This document shows, in pieces, positions 37,808-48,526 of a stretch of DNA of 64,000 nt. Origin of the DNA: an uncultured Actinomycetes bacterium (GTDB taxonomy: Bacteria > Actinomycetota > Thermoleophilia > Gaiellales > JAICJC01); the NCBI GenBank assembly GCA_963821535.1, contig CAWGEC010000014.1, positions 3,086 to 67,085 on the forward strand, written 5' to 3'. The position numbers and the translations under genes were made by a program. Each line of letters begins with the position of its first letter. Positions within the stretch are counted from its first letter, which is position 1. The notes below the pieces were generated by a model. It did no database searches. It saw only the letters and a program-made list of their open reading frames with translations, and was not told where the DNA came from.

Positions 37808-37903
37808 GTTCACCTGCAAATCGACGGGTTCGTCACGATCCGCCGGCGCCCCTACGCCAAATCGGGGAGGGCAAGAACGGACGCCCATGCCGATTGTGCC
37901 TAT

Positions 37904-38098
37904 ATGACCCTCGGCACCGAGATCCGCCTCCTCGATGAGGTCGCCGCCAGCCTCCGGGCGATGGCGGCGAACGCCGTCGTGTACGACGATGACGTGGTTC
38001 TCTGGCTCGCGGACCAGGTCGAGCAGGCCGCGGATTACGCCCAGGAGCTGGCCGACGCCGAGGCGGCGAAGGCGCTCCTCGCAGACCACAGTCACTGA
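37904..38098 (+). CDS. Hypothetical small acidic protein (64 aa)
   Basis: The helical acidic sequence LLDEVAASLRAMAANAVVYDDDVVLWLADQVEQAADYAQELADAEAAKALL is more protein-like than the antisense ORF. No SD. Confidence 0.35.
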   Translation: MTLGTEIRLLDEVAASLRAMAANAVVYDDDVVLWLADQVEQAADYAQELADAEAAKALLADHSH

Positions 38099-38186
38099 CG
38101 TCGTCAAGCGCTGGTACGACGCGCAGCTCCTGCCGGCCGGATGCGCCGACCGTTTGCCGCTTCCACCGTAGGGGCAGTGGTGCGTC

Positions 38187-38459
38187 ATGAGTGCGCAGCG
38201 CGGCATCGACGGCACCGGCTGGTCTCCCTACGACACGGAGGGAAGGATCGCCGTTCCCGACGCTCCCGGTTGGAGCTACGGCCTGATCGCACCGGGCGGC
38301 GACGAGACGCTCGCCGTCACGCTCGAGGGCTCCGAGGGCACGGTCGTGCAGTTCGCGGTGCCGGCGTTCCTGAGCCGGGGGGACGAGCTCGGCGAGGTCG
38401 CGCGGATTGTCATCCGCGCATGGGAGCGGATGGATCGCGCATCCGGGCTGGGCGCGTGA
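38187..38459 (+). CDS. Hypothetical protein (90 aa)
   Basis: Plausible composition. Its stop overlaps the GTG start of the downstream HAD gene (GTGA). Confidence 0.45.
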   Translation: MSAQRGIDGTGWSPYDTEGRIAVPDAPGWSYGLIAPGGDETLAVTLEGSEGTVVQFAVPAFLSRGDELGEVARIVIRAWERMDRASGLGA

Positions 38460-39211
38460 CATCCCCCACCCCCTCCAGGCAGCCGCCGCCACCTGCCGGC
38501 GAGCCGCTCGACGCGTGGCCGATCACGCAGGCCGACAGGCTCGTCGGAGCGATCATCGACATCGACGGGACGCTCGTCGACACGAGCTACCACCACACGA
38601 TGGCCTGGGGCCGGGCGTTCACGGATCACGGCGTCGACGTGGCGCTGTGGCGCGTCCATCGTCACATCGGGATGGGAGGCGACCAGCTCGTCGCCGCCGT
38701 CGCCGGCGACGACGTCGAGCAGCGGCTGGGCGATCAGATCCGGGAGACAGAGGCGCAGCGGTATGCGGAGCTGATCGATGAGGTGCGGCCGCTCCCGGGG
38801 GCGCGCGAGCTCCTGGTGAGGCTGCGGGACCTCGGCCACTGACGTCGTCCTCGCCTCGAGCGCGAAGCAGGACGAGGTCGAGCACTACGTCGACCTGCTC
38901 GACGCGCGCGACCTCGTCGAGGCGTGGACGTCGGCGGGGGACGTGGATCGCACGAAGCCGCCCCCGACCTGGTCGGCGCCGCCGCGGACCGGCTGCGTCG
39001 GCAGGTCGAGCTCGTCATGATCGGCGACGCGACGTGGGATGCGATCGCGGCCGCCCACGCCGGCCTGCCGTCGATCGGGCTCCTGTCCGGCGGGTTCGGC
39101 GCCGACGAGCTTCGCGAGGCCGGCTGCCGCGCGGTCTACGCCGACGCCGCGGAGCTGGCGGCGTCGCTCGAGGCGGCGCTCGCCACGGCGGCGTCGACGA
39201 ACCTGGCCTAA
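38456..39211 (+). pseudogene. HAD-superfamily hydrolase (phosphatase), two frameshifts near 38838-38845 and 38955-38965
   Basis: Motif I IIDIDGTLVDT is in frame 1. VVLASSAKQDEVEHYVDLLD (motif II) is in frame 2. MIGDATWDAIAAAHAGLPSIGLLSGG (motifs III/IV) is in ORF 38924..39211. Confidence 0.75.
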
Positions 39212-39248
39212 GGGTCGATGCCGGCGACGCTTTGCGTAGCGGCCCTGA

Positions 39249-40014
39249 CTACGTGATCCCCGCGGAGAGGAACCTGACGGGCGGATTGTGCAACGGGGTG
39301 ACGGCACTCAGCGTGGTCCGGAGCGGGCCGGCATCCAGCCCGTGGCTGGTCAGTACCGGGTCATCGGGATCGTCGACCGAGAGCACGACGCACGTGTGCT
39401 CGCCGGTGGACGGGCCGAACACGACGTAGTCGCCCGGCTTCAGATCGTGTTGCCTGATCTCGCGGGAGTGGCTGAGCATCGTGCCGGTGAAGACACTGCC
39501 GCGGGCGCCGAACGAGGTGCCCGTCGGATCGGGGGCTCCGGCTCCGGCCGCGATGCACGTCGCGTACTCGGAGCAGTCGAGCGTGATCGGGAGGTGGTGC
39601 TCGCGCCACCGCTCGAGCGCGTCAGCCGTCTCGTTCGGGAAGCGCTTCGCGTTGCCGGGCGGATCCGGGTAGGTGGATGCCGTCGGCGTTCTCGAGCGCC
39701 CACTGCTGCTCGGCGACCATCTTGTCGCGGACCTTCTGGCGGCGCGCGAACCCCTCGAGCTTCGTTCGGCCGAAGGCGTCGATGTGGCGGAAGAGGAGGG
39801 CGTACGTGCGCTTGCCGATCGATCCCGTCTGCGTGATGCCGGCCTGCGTCTGGAAGGCGATGACGCCCTCCATCATGGTCTCCTCGAACCGGCCGCGCTC
39901 GGCGTGCGGAACGAATCCCAGGCTCTTCAGCGCGCGGCGATAGGCGAGGACGTCGAGGCCGCTGTCGCCCTCGCTCACGATGCGGGGGAGCGGGATGAGT
40001 GGCTCTTCGGGCAT
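39249..40014 (-). pseudogene. Peptidoglycan-binding domain plus Cys-peptidase (NlpC/P60- or CHAP-like) cell-wall hydrolase without signal peptide (lysin-like), one frameshift near 39655-39672
   Basis: The PG_binding_1 pattern GDSGLDVLAYRRALKSLGF...AFQTQAGITQTGSIGKRT is in ORF 39622..40014. ITLDCSEYATC...KPGDYVVFGPSTGEHTCVVL continues in the frame of ORF 39249..39479. Length is 3n+1. Confidence 0.65.
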
Positions 40015-40134
40015 GGGATCGGGCCTCCTTCGCGGCGTGTGTCACCCCTAGACGCGTCCAGCACGCCGAGCCTTCCCGACCCCGTCAGCCGACCTGCTCG
40101 GCGAGCGCCGCACAACCCCTCGAGGGTACGCGAC

Positions 40135-41208
40135 CTAGCGGCGCAGAAGGCCGCGGACGCCGCGGCGGCGCTCCGGGCCGCGATGCGTCAGAAGGCGAAG
40201 CTGGCTGTAGCTGATCGGTGCGTCCGGGTGGAGGGCGTGGTCGAGCACGCGGTCGATCGCCGAGCGTCCCTCGTCGTCGATCTCGACGAAAAGGCAGCCC
40301 ACCATCACGCCGCCACCCTCGATCTCCGCGTCGACGGACACGACCCGGACGACCGCACGGACCTCCTCCGAGAAGAAGCGTCCATGGAATCGAAGCCGGT
40401 CGGCGGTCCGGAGCGGCTTCAACGTCGCGAAGGTGACCCCGGTCGCGGAGAGGCCCACAACGCGCCCCAGTACCTCGGCGCCCTCGTAGAGGCCGCCGCA
40501 CTCCATCGCCTCGAGCGTTGCGGAGCCACCGATCTCGAGCTCGGCCGGCGTATGCCGCTCGAGGTGGCGGATCCTCTCCGGGCGAAGTGCCAGGTGCGCG
40601 CGGTCGCCGCGCTCGCGCTCGGATTCGACGCGCAGATCGACGCGCCACGGCGCCCCGGCCTCGTCGACGATCGATCCGGCGAGCATCGTCCCGGTCCCGA
40701 CCAACCCGTGGTCGGTGCTGACGGTGACGAGGCCCCCGATGCGGTACTCGACGACAGCGGTCAGCCGCTTGCCGGTGTCGGTCTCGAGATCCCCGATCCC
40801 GCAGTCGCCAAAGAGCAGGGCCAGCGCAGATTCCACGTCCGGGGCACCGTCGGTCTGAACGGCACGGACGGACGCCTCTCGCGTCGCCTCGACGAGCTCG
40901 GTGATCGCCACAGATCGCGGAATGGTGGCCGCCGCGCCGCGATCGAGGCTCAGCGCCAGAAAGCGCTGCATCTCGTCGAGTGCGGCTCGCGAGCGCTCGA
41001 TCGGCGCGCAATCAGCGGGCTCGAGCCCGGCCTCGACCAGCGCCTCCGAGGCCCCGTCGATGGCCGCAACCGCAAGCGCCAGCCGGGCCTGCGCATCGAG
41101 CAGCGCCTGCTCGTCGATGCCCGCAATGCTGGCCGGGGACGGCGACTCGTGAACCGATTGTGAAGACATCTCACCGAGGTCATCGGCGAGCGGCGACGGG
41201 TCGTCCAT
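40135..41208 (-). CDS. PilZ-like domain protein (degenerate motifs)
   Basis: C-terminal RHLERHTP ... VVGLSATGVTFAT resembles the PilZ RxxxR / xxSxxG motifs. The N-terminal half is unassigned. Confidence 0.45.
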   Translation of the reverse strand: MDDPSPLADDLGEMSSQSVHESPSPASIAGIDEQALLDAQARLALAVAAIDGASEALVEAGLEPADCAPIERSRAALDEMQRFLALSLDRGAAATIPRSVAITELVEATREASVRAVQTDGAPDVESALALLFGDCGIGDLETDTGKRLTAVVEYRIGGLVTVSTDHGLVGTGTMLAGSIVDEAGAPWRVDLRVESERERGDRAHLALRPERIRHLERHTPAELEIGGSATLEAMECGGLYEGAEVLGRVVGLSATGVTFATLKPLRTADRLRFHGRFFSEEVRAVVRVVSVDAEIEGGGVMVGCLFVEIDDEGRSAIDRVLDHALHPDAPISYSQLRLLTHRGPERRRGVRGLLRR

Positions 41209-41298
41209 AAGCGAATGCCCCGATCGTCCTCCCCAACTTGCGGTATGCCCCCAGGCGCTCCGTTACGATCGCCCGCCGTAGGCAATCAGAGGAGAAGG

Positions 41299-41925
41299 AT
41301 GACGCTTCGCGTGGTAGGCGCCGGGCTCGGTCGGACCGGCACGCACTCGCTCAAGCTCGCGCTCGAGCAGCTGCTCGGTGGCCCGTGCTACCACATGAGC
41401 GAGCTCATCGACCGCGAGGACGACACCGCCGTGTGGGCCGCCGCGACCCGAGGTGAGGACGTGGATTGGGCGCGCTTCCTGTCAGGGTTCGAGGCGACCG
41501 TCGACTGGCCGGCGTGTGCGTTCTGGGAGCCGATCGCGAGCGCCCACCCCGACTCGATCGTCCTGCTCTCCATGCGCGAGTCGCCGGAGGCCTGGTGGAA
41601 GAGCGTCGAGCGGACGATCGTGCAGGCCCTTCAGCGCCCCGTCCCCGACGACGACGAGGCGTGGACGGAGCGCCGGCGGATGGTGATCGCAATGGTCGAG
41701 TCGACGTTCACGCCCGACTGGCGCGACCGCGACGGCGCGATCGCGGGGTACATCCGCCACAACGACCGCGTACGCCAGGCCGTCGAGCCGGCGCGGCTGG
41801 TCGAGTGGCGACCGGGCGACGGCTGGGAGCCGATCTCGAGAGCGCTCGGCGTGGAGACGCCGGTGGAGCCCTTCCCACATACGAATACGACGGCCGACTT
41901 CCGCGCGCAGAGCGGTCTCGAATAA
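41299..41925 (+). CDS. Sulfotransferase family protein (Sulfotransfer_4-like)
   Basis: VVGAGLGRTGTHSLKLALEQLLGGPCYHM PAPS-binding loop pattern. GGAGAAGG SD lies before the ATG at 41299. Confidence 0.7.
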   Translation: MTLRVVGAGLGRTGTHSLKLALEQLLGGPCYHMSELIDREDDTAVWAAATRGEDVDWARFLSGFEATVDWPACAFWEPIASAHPDSIVLLSMRESPEAWWKSVERTIVQALQRPVPDDDEAWTERRRMVIAMVESTFTPDWRDRDGAIAGYIRHNDRVRQAVEPARLVEWRPGDGWEPISRALGVETPVEPFPHTNTTADFRAQSGLE

Positions 41926-41963
41926 GGCGCATCGGGGTACGATTCGGTGACAGAAAGGAGGTG

Positions 41964-43916
41964 ATGGAGAGGATGCGAAAGCCACTCACCCGGCTGACCG
42001 AGCCGCTCGTCCGCGAGAACGGGGCGCTGCGGCCGGCGACGTGGGACGAGGCGCTCGACCGCGCGGCGGCCGGATTCCGGGCCGCGGCGGCCGAGGGACC
42101 GGGCGCGTTCGGCCTTTTCAGCTGCTCCAAGGCGTCGAACGAGATGAACTTCATGATGCAGAAGTTCGCCCGCGTCGTCATGGGCTCGAACAACGTCGAC
42201 AGCTGCAACCGGACTTGACACGCTCCCAGCGTCGTCGGTCTGGCGACAGTGTTCGGGGCCGGGGGCGGAACCAGCTCCTACCAGGAGGTCGAGGAGACCG
42301 ATGTGATCTTCCTGTGGGGGTCGAACGCCCGTGAAACCCATCCGATCTTCTTCCATCACGTCCTGAAGGCCGTGCATGCCGGCGCGCGCCTTTTCGCCGT
42401 CGACCCGCGCCGCACCGGTTCGGCGCAGTGGGCCGACGCCTGGCTCGGGATCGACGTCGGCACCGACGTCGCGCTCTCGAACACGATGGCGCGCGAGATC
42501 CTGCACGCCGGCCTTCACAACCGCGAGTTCATCGAGCGGGCGACGACCGGGTTCGACGAGTACGCCGCGTCGGTCGAGCCGTGGACGCTCGAGCGCGGCG
42601 AGCTCGAGACCGGCGTCCCGGCCGAGGTCATCCGCGACGCCGCCCACGCCTACGCGCGCGCCGACCGGGCGATCATCTGCTGGACGCTCGGCATCACCGA
42701 GCACCACAACGCGGTCGACAACGTCTTCGCGCTCATCAACCTCGCGCTCCTCACCGGCCACGTCGGCCGCTACGGCTCGGGGTTGAACCCGCTCCGCGGC
42801 CAGAACAACGTCCAGGGCGGCGGCGACATGGGCGCGATCCCGAACAAGCTCCCCGGCTTCCAGGACCTCGAGCGCGACGACGAGGCCCGCGCCAAGTTCG
42901 AGAAGGCCTGGGGCACGACGATCGAGCCCCGCTACGGCTGGCACCTGACGCAGATGTTCGAGGCGATGGACCGGGGCGAGCTGCGCACGCTGTACGTCGT
43001 CGGCGAGAACCCGGCCCAGTCGGAGGCCGACGCGAAGCACACGAAGAAGCTGCTCGAGGGGCTCGACCACCTGGTCGTGCAGGACATCTTCCTCACCAGG
43101 ACCGCCGAGATGGCCGACGTCGTCCTGCCCGCCTCGGCGAGCTGGTGCGAGGCCGAGGGCACCGTGACGAACAGCGAGCGGCGCGTCCAGCGGGTGCGAA
43201 AGGCGCTCGATCCGCCCGGCCAGGCCCGCGACGACATCGAGATCGTGTGCGACATCGCCGCCCGCATGGGGTACGACCTCGGCCCGCCCGACGCCGAGTC
43301 CGTCTGGAACGAGCTCCGCTCGCTCTCGCCGATGCACGCCGGCATGTCCTACCCGCGGCTCGAGGCGCTCGGCGGGATCCAGTGGCCCTGCTTCGACGAG
43401 GAGCACCCCGGCGAGCTCTTCCTCCACGGCCGCCTGTGGGAGAGCCCGATCACCGGCCCGCCGGCGCCGTTCAACGTCGTCGAGCACGTCCTTCCCGTGG
43501 ACAAGCTCTCGGACGAGTTCCCGATCCGGCTCACGACCGGGCGGCGGCTCGACTCCTACAACACCGGCGTTCAGAGCGGCGGCTACCGCTCGCCGCTTCG
43601 GCGGCGCGAGTCGCTCGACCTCTCGCCCGAGGACTGCGAGCGGCTGGGCGTGGACGACGGCGAGCTGGTGAAGGTGACCTCGCGGCGGGGGTCGGTCTAC
43701 GCGCCCGTCCGGGTCGACCAGACGCTGCGCCCGGGTCTGGCGTTCATGACGCTCCACTTCCCCGATCAGGTCGAGACGAACGTGCTCACGATCGACGCGA
43801 CCGACCCCAAGTCGGGCACGGCCGAGTTCAAGGCGAGCGCGATCCGGGTCGACCGGCTCACGGACGCGGAGCGCGCCGGGCAGGCCGCCACGCAGCTCGC
43901 GGTGCCCGCGAAGTAG
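41964..43916 (+). CDS. fdhA: Formate dehydrogenase catalytic (Mo/W-bis-PGD) subunit, selenocysteine-containing (in-frame TGA at 42216-42218), lacking the N-terminal Fe-S domain
   Basis: ORFs 41466..42218 and 42249..43916 share one frame. NVDSCNRT-TGA-HAPSVVGL aligns with E. coli FdhF NVDCCARV-U-HGPSVAGL, and colinearity with FdhF runs from about residue 60 to the end. AAAGGAGG SD before the ATG at 41964. Confidence 0.85.
42231..42247 (+). promoter_or_regulatory. SECIS-like hairpin GUCGUC-GGUCU-GGCGAC
   Basis: 6-bp stem (one G-U pair). The GGUCU apical loop starts 18 nt after the UGA, the same codon positions (Gly-Leu of SV(A/V)GL) as I recall for the fdhF SECIS. Confidence 0.55.
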
Positions 43917-43921
43917 CAGTC

Positions 43922-45774
<1,853 letters not shown>

Positions 45775-45778
<4 letters not shown>

Positions 45779-46725
45779 GCGCCGTCCCCGTCACGATCCG
45801 CCGCACGGTCGAGCTCCAGATCGACGGCGAGGCCGTTCGCGTCGCCGAGGGCGCGACGATCCTCGACGCATGCAAGGCCCGGGGGCTCGACATCCCGACG
45901 CTCTGCTACGGCGAGACGCTGACGCCCGTGAACGCCTGCCGCGTGTGCGTCGTCGAGGTCGAGGGCTCACGCGTGCTGGTGCCGTCGTGCGCGCGCAAGG
46001 CCGAGGACGGGATGGTCGTCCGCACCCGCAGCGACCGCGTCGACCACAGCCGCAAGATGGTGCTCGAGTTCCTCGGCTCGAGCGTGGATCTCTCGACCAC
46101 CGAGCACGTCGACCGCTGGAGCCGCGAGTACGGGGCCGCTCCCGAGCGGTACGGCCCGCCGGCGCCGCCCGCCCCGGCGGGTGCGCGCGACCGTGCCCAG
46201 GCCGGCCACCACCACGCCGGCGACGGCCAGACGGCGGCGACCGTGGCCCAGCCCGTGAAGGTCGACAACGAGAGCTACGTCCGCGACTACTCGAAGTGCA
46301 TCCTCTGCTACAAGTGCGTCGAGGGCTGCGGCACCGACTGGCAGAACACGTTCGCGATCGCGGTCGCCGGGCGCGGGTTCGACGCCCGGATCGCAACGGA
46401 GTTCGCCGCCCCTCTGCCGGACTCCGCGTGCGTCTACTGCGGGAACTGCATCGCCGTCTGCCCCACCGGGGCGCTCATGTTCAAGAGCGAGTACGACATG
46501 CGCCGGTCGGGCGAGTGGGACGAGACCGCGCAGACCGTGACCGAGACGATCTGCTCGTACTGCGGCGTCGGGTGCAGCCTCGAGCTGCATGTGCAGGGCA
46601 ACGAGATCGTGAAGGTCACCTCGCCGCTCGACCACGGCGTGACCCACGGCAATCTGTGCGTCAAGGGCCGGTTCGGGTTCCAGTACGTGCAGAATCGCGC
46701 GCCCGAGGCGACCGATGGCGCATGA
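45775..46725 (+). CDS. Fe-S subunit equivalent to the N-terminal module of FdsA/NuoG-type FDH alpha (2Fe-2S, 4Fe-4S clusters and the Mo-enzyme 4Fe-4S domain)
   Basis: CYGETLTPVNACRVCVVEV, CILCYKCVEGC, CVYCGNCIAVCP, and a C-terminal TICSYCGVGCSLELHV...GNLCVKGRFGF that aligns with FdhF residues about 1-55. ATGA overlap with the upstream gene. Confidence 0.85.
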
Positions 46726-47584
46726 TCCGGACGAGGGCGTCGGCGGGATCCTCGACGCACCCGAGCGGCCGACGAGCACGAGCCGCGTCCGCGTCCTGAA
46801 CGTCGAGGCCGGCGCCCGCAGCCGCAGGTCCGACCGGCTCGCGACCGAGGAGCCGATGGAGATCCGGGTCGACGAGCCCGGCGGCGCTCAGCGCACCGTG
46901 GCGGTGACGATGCGGACGCCGGGGCACGACTTCGAGCTCGCCGCCGGCTTCCTCTTCACCGAGGGGATCATCGCGCCGGCCGACCTTCGCGGGGTTCGCT
47001 ACTGCGACGTGCCCCGCGAGGAGCAGCACTACAACGTCGTGACGGTGGCCGTGGGGCGGCCGCTGCCGGATCTCGCCGCTCGCAGCTTCTACACGACGTC
47101 GAGCTGCGGCGTCTGCGGGAAGGCGTCGCTCGAGGCGCTCGACGTCCAGTGCGCGCCCGTGGCGCCCGGGCCGGTCGTCGAGCCCGAGCTCCTGACGTCG
47201 CTCCCCGACGAGCTGCGGCGCGTCCAGCGGGTGTTCGACCGCACCGGTGGCCTGCACGCCGCGGCCCTCTTCGACGCCGAGGGGGCGCTGCGAACCTCGC
47301 GCGAGGACGTCGGCCGCCACAACGCCGTCGACAAGGTGGTCGGCGCCGAGCTGATGGCGGGGTCGCTCCCGCTGTCGGAGGGCGTGCTGCTCGTCTCCGG
47401 GCGGGCCAGCTTCGAGATCGTGCAGAAGGCCGCGGTGGCCGGCATCCCGATCGTGTGCGCCGTGTCCGCCCCGTCGAGCCTGGCGGTCGATGCCGCTCGC
47501 CGGTTCGGCGTGACGCTGGTGGGCTTCCTCCGCGAGCAGCGGTTCAACGTCTACTCGCACGCCGAGCGCATCGCCGGCGGATGA
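46715..47584 (+). CDS. fdhD: Formate dehydrogenase accessory sulfurtransferase FdhD
   Basis: EEPMEIRV...MRTPGHDFELAAGFLFTEGII...SSCGVCGKASLE...GGLHAAALF...VGRHNAVDKVVG...RASFEIVQKAA pattern. Confidence 0.9.
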   Translation: MAHDPDEGVGGILDAPERPTSTSRVRVLNVEAGARSRRSDRLATEEPMEIRVDEPGGAQRTVAVTMRTPGHDFELAAGFLFTEGIIAPADLRGVRYCDVPREEQHYNVVTVAVGRPLPDLAARSFYTTSSCGVCGKASLEALDVQCAPVAPGPVVEPELLTSLPDELRRVQRVFDRTGGLHAAALFDAEGALRTSREDVGRHNAVDKVVGAELMAGSLPLSEGVLLVSGRASFEIVQKAAVAGIPIVCAVSAPSSLAVDAARRFGVTLVGFLREQRFNVYSHAERIAGG

Positions 47585-47590
47585 ACCACT

Positions 47591-47620
47591 GGGGCCGGGC
47601 CCCGTACGGGGCCTGGCCCC
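47591..47620. terminator. Hairpin GGGGCCGGGCCCCG-TA-CGGGGCCTGGCCCC between convergent genes
   Basis: Read directly; 14 pairs including one G-U. It shares the GGGGCCNGGCCCC arm with the hairpin at 12534-12563. Confidence 0.6.
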
Positions 47621-47627
47621 ATGGGGT

Positions 47628-48515
47628 TTATGCCCGCAGCGAGCTCACGGCGACCGCCATCTGTGCGGGCGCCACGAGCCGCCACAGGCACGCGTCGTGG
47701 CCGCCGTCGGCCCAGTGCGTGTGCGCCGCCGGCAGCGCGGCCGCGAACCGACGGGCGTTCTCGTAGAAGGGGTCGGCGGTGCCACAGCCGATCCAGACGG
47801 GCATCCGCTCGAGGGCCGTCGCGCGGGCGAAGACGCTGTGCTTCTGGAAGTCCGTCCGGCCGTCGAACGCGTCACCGACCCACACATCGCCGTACACGGG
47901 CCAGATCGCGGGGCTCGCGACTGCGACCCCCGACCATCCGTCCGGGTCGCGTTCGGCGGCGAGCAGCGCGCCGTAGCCGCCCATCGACCAGCTGCCAACC
48001 GCTCGGCCCGGCCGTCCGAGGCCGAACTCCCGCTCCAGGAGCGGCAGAAACTCGGTCTCGAGCATCGCCATCCGGTTCTCGCCGTCGGGGCGGGCGTGCC
48101 AGTAGCTCTCGCCACCGTCCACCGAGGCGATCCCCGCGGCGGCGCCGCGCCGCGCGAGCTCGGCGGCGAGAAACGCGTGCAGGTCCAGCTCGTCGAACGC
48201 CGTGCGCGCCGTCGATCCCCGTCCGGGGAGAACGACGAGCACGGGCAGCGCATCCGTCCGATTGCCTGGCCGCCACACCATGAAGCCGACGTCGTCGTCG
48301 GGTACGTGCCGGGAACGGAACCGGCCGGTCACCGGATCCTCCGCAGGCGCAGGCGGCACCGGGCCGTCGGGACCGGCGCAGCCGCCGGCGAAGTGATGCC
48401 AGACCCGCGCCGCCTCGCCGGAGCGATCGGCCCACACGGCGCCGGCGCTCACGGCGGCCGCTCCGGCCGCGCCGGCGATGAGCCGTCGCCGCGTCGACGT
48501 CCGGTTCGCCCTCAC
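47628..48515 (-). CDS. Secreted alpha/beta hydrolase (esterase family, Tat-type signal)
   Basis: N-terminal RRRLIAGAAGAAAVSAGAVWA twin-arginine-like signal and GWSMGGYGALLAA nucleophile elbow. Confidence 0.75.
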   Translation of the reverse strand: MRANRTSTRRRLIAGAAGAAAVSAGAVWADRSGEAARVWHHFAGGCAGPDGPVPPAPAEDPVTGRFRSRHVPDDDVGFMVWRPGNRTDALPVLVVLPGRGSTARTAFDELDLHAFLAAELARRGAAAGIASVDGGESYWHARPDGENRMAMLETEFLPLLEREFGLGRPGRAVGSWSMGGYGALLAAERDPDGWSGVAVASPAIWPVYGDVWVGDAFDGRTDFQKHSVFARATALERMPVWIGCGTADPFYENARRFAAALPAAHTHWADGGHDACLWRLVAPAQMAVAVSSLRA

Positions 48516-48526
48516 GGGCGGTGAGG

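Larger units (their letters stand above)
31146..37900. mobile_element. Putative degraded integrated element or prophage remnant adjacent to tRNA-Glu (right boundary uncertain, possibly up to about 40014)
   Basis: It starts at a tRNA 3' end. G+C is visibly lower and codon usage atypical (TTG, TAT, TGT, GGT codons). Non-coding stretches are long. It contains an HNH endonuclease, an HTH-like ORF, a LuxR regulator and several frameshifted genes. No integrase or attR repeat was found. Confidence 0.4.

Noticed and set aside
31146-40134. Search for a direct repeat of the tRNA-Glu 3' end (…GGGTTCGAATCCCGTTGGGGGTA) to define an attR for the putative island.
   Set aside because: I found no second copy by eye anywhere in 31.1-40.1 kb, so island boundaries rest only on composition and gene content.
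42216-42218. TGA splitting the formate dehydrogenase gene, read as a nonsense mutation or pseudogene.
   Set aside because: There is no frame change across it. It falls exactly at the Sec/Cys active-site position, and a SECIS-like hairpin follows. It is better explained as selenocysteine recoding (see findings).
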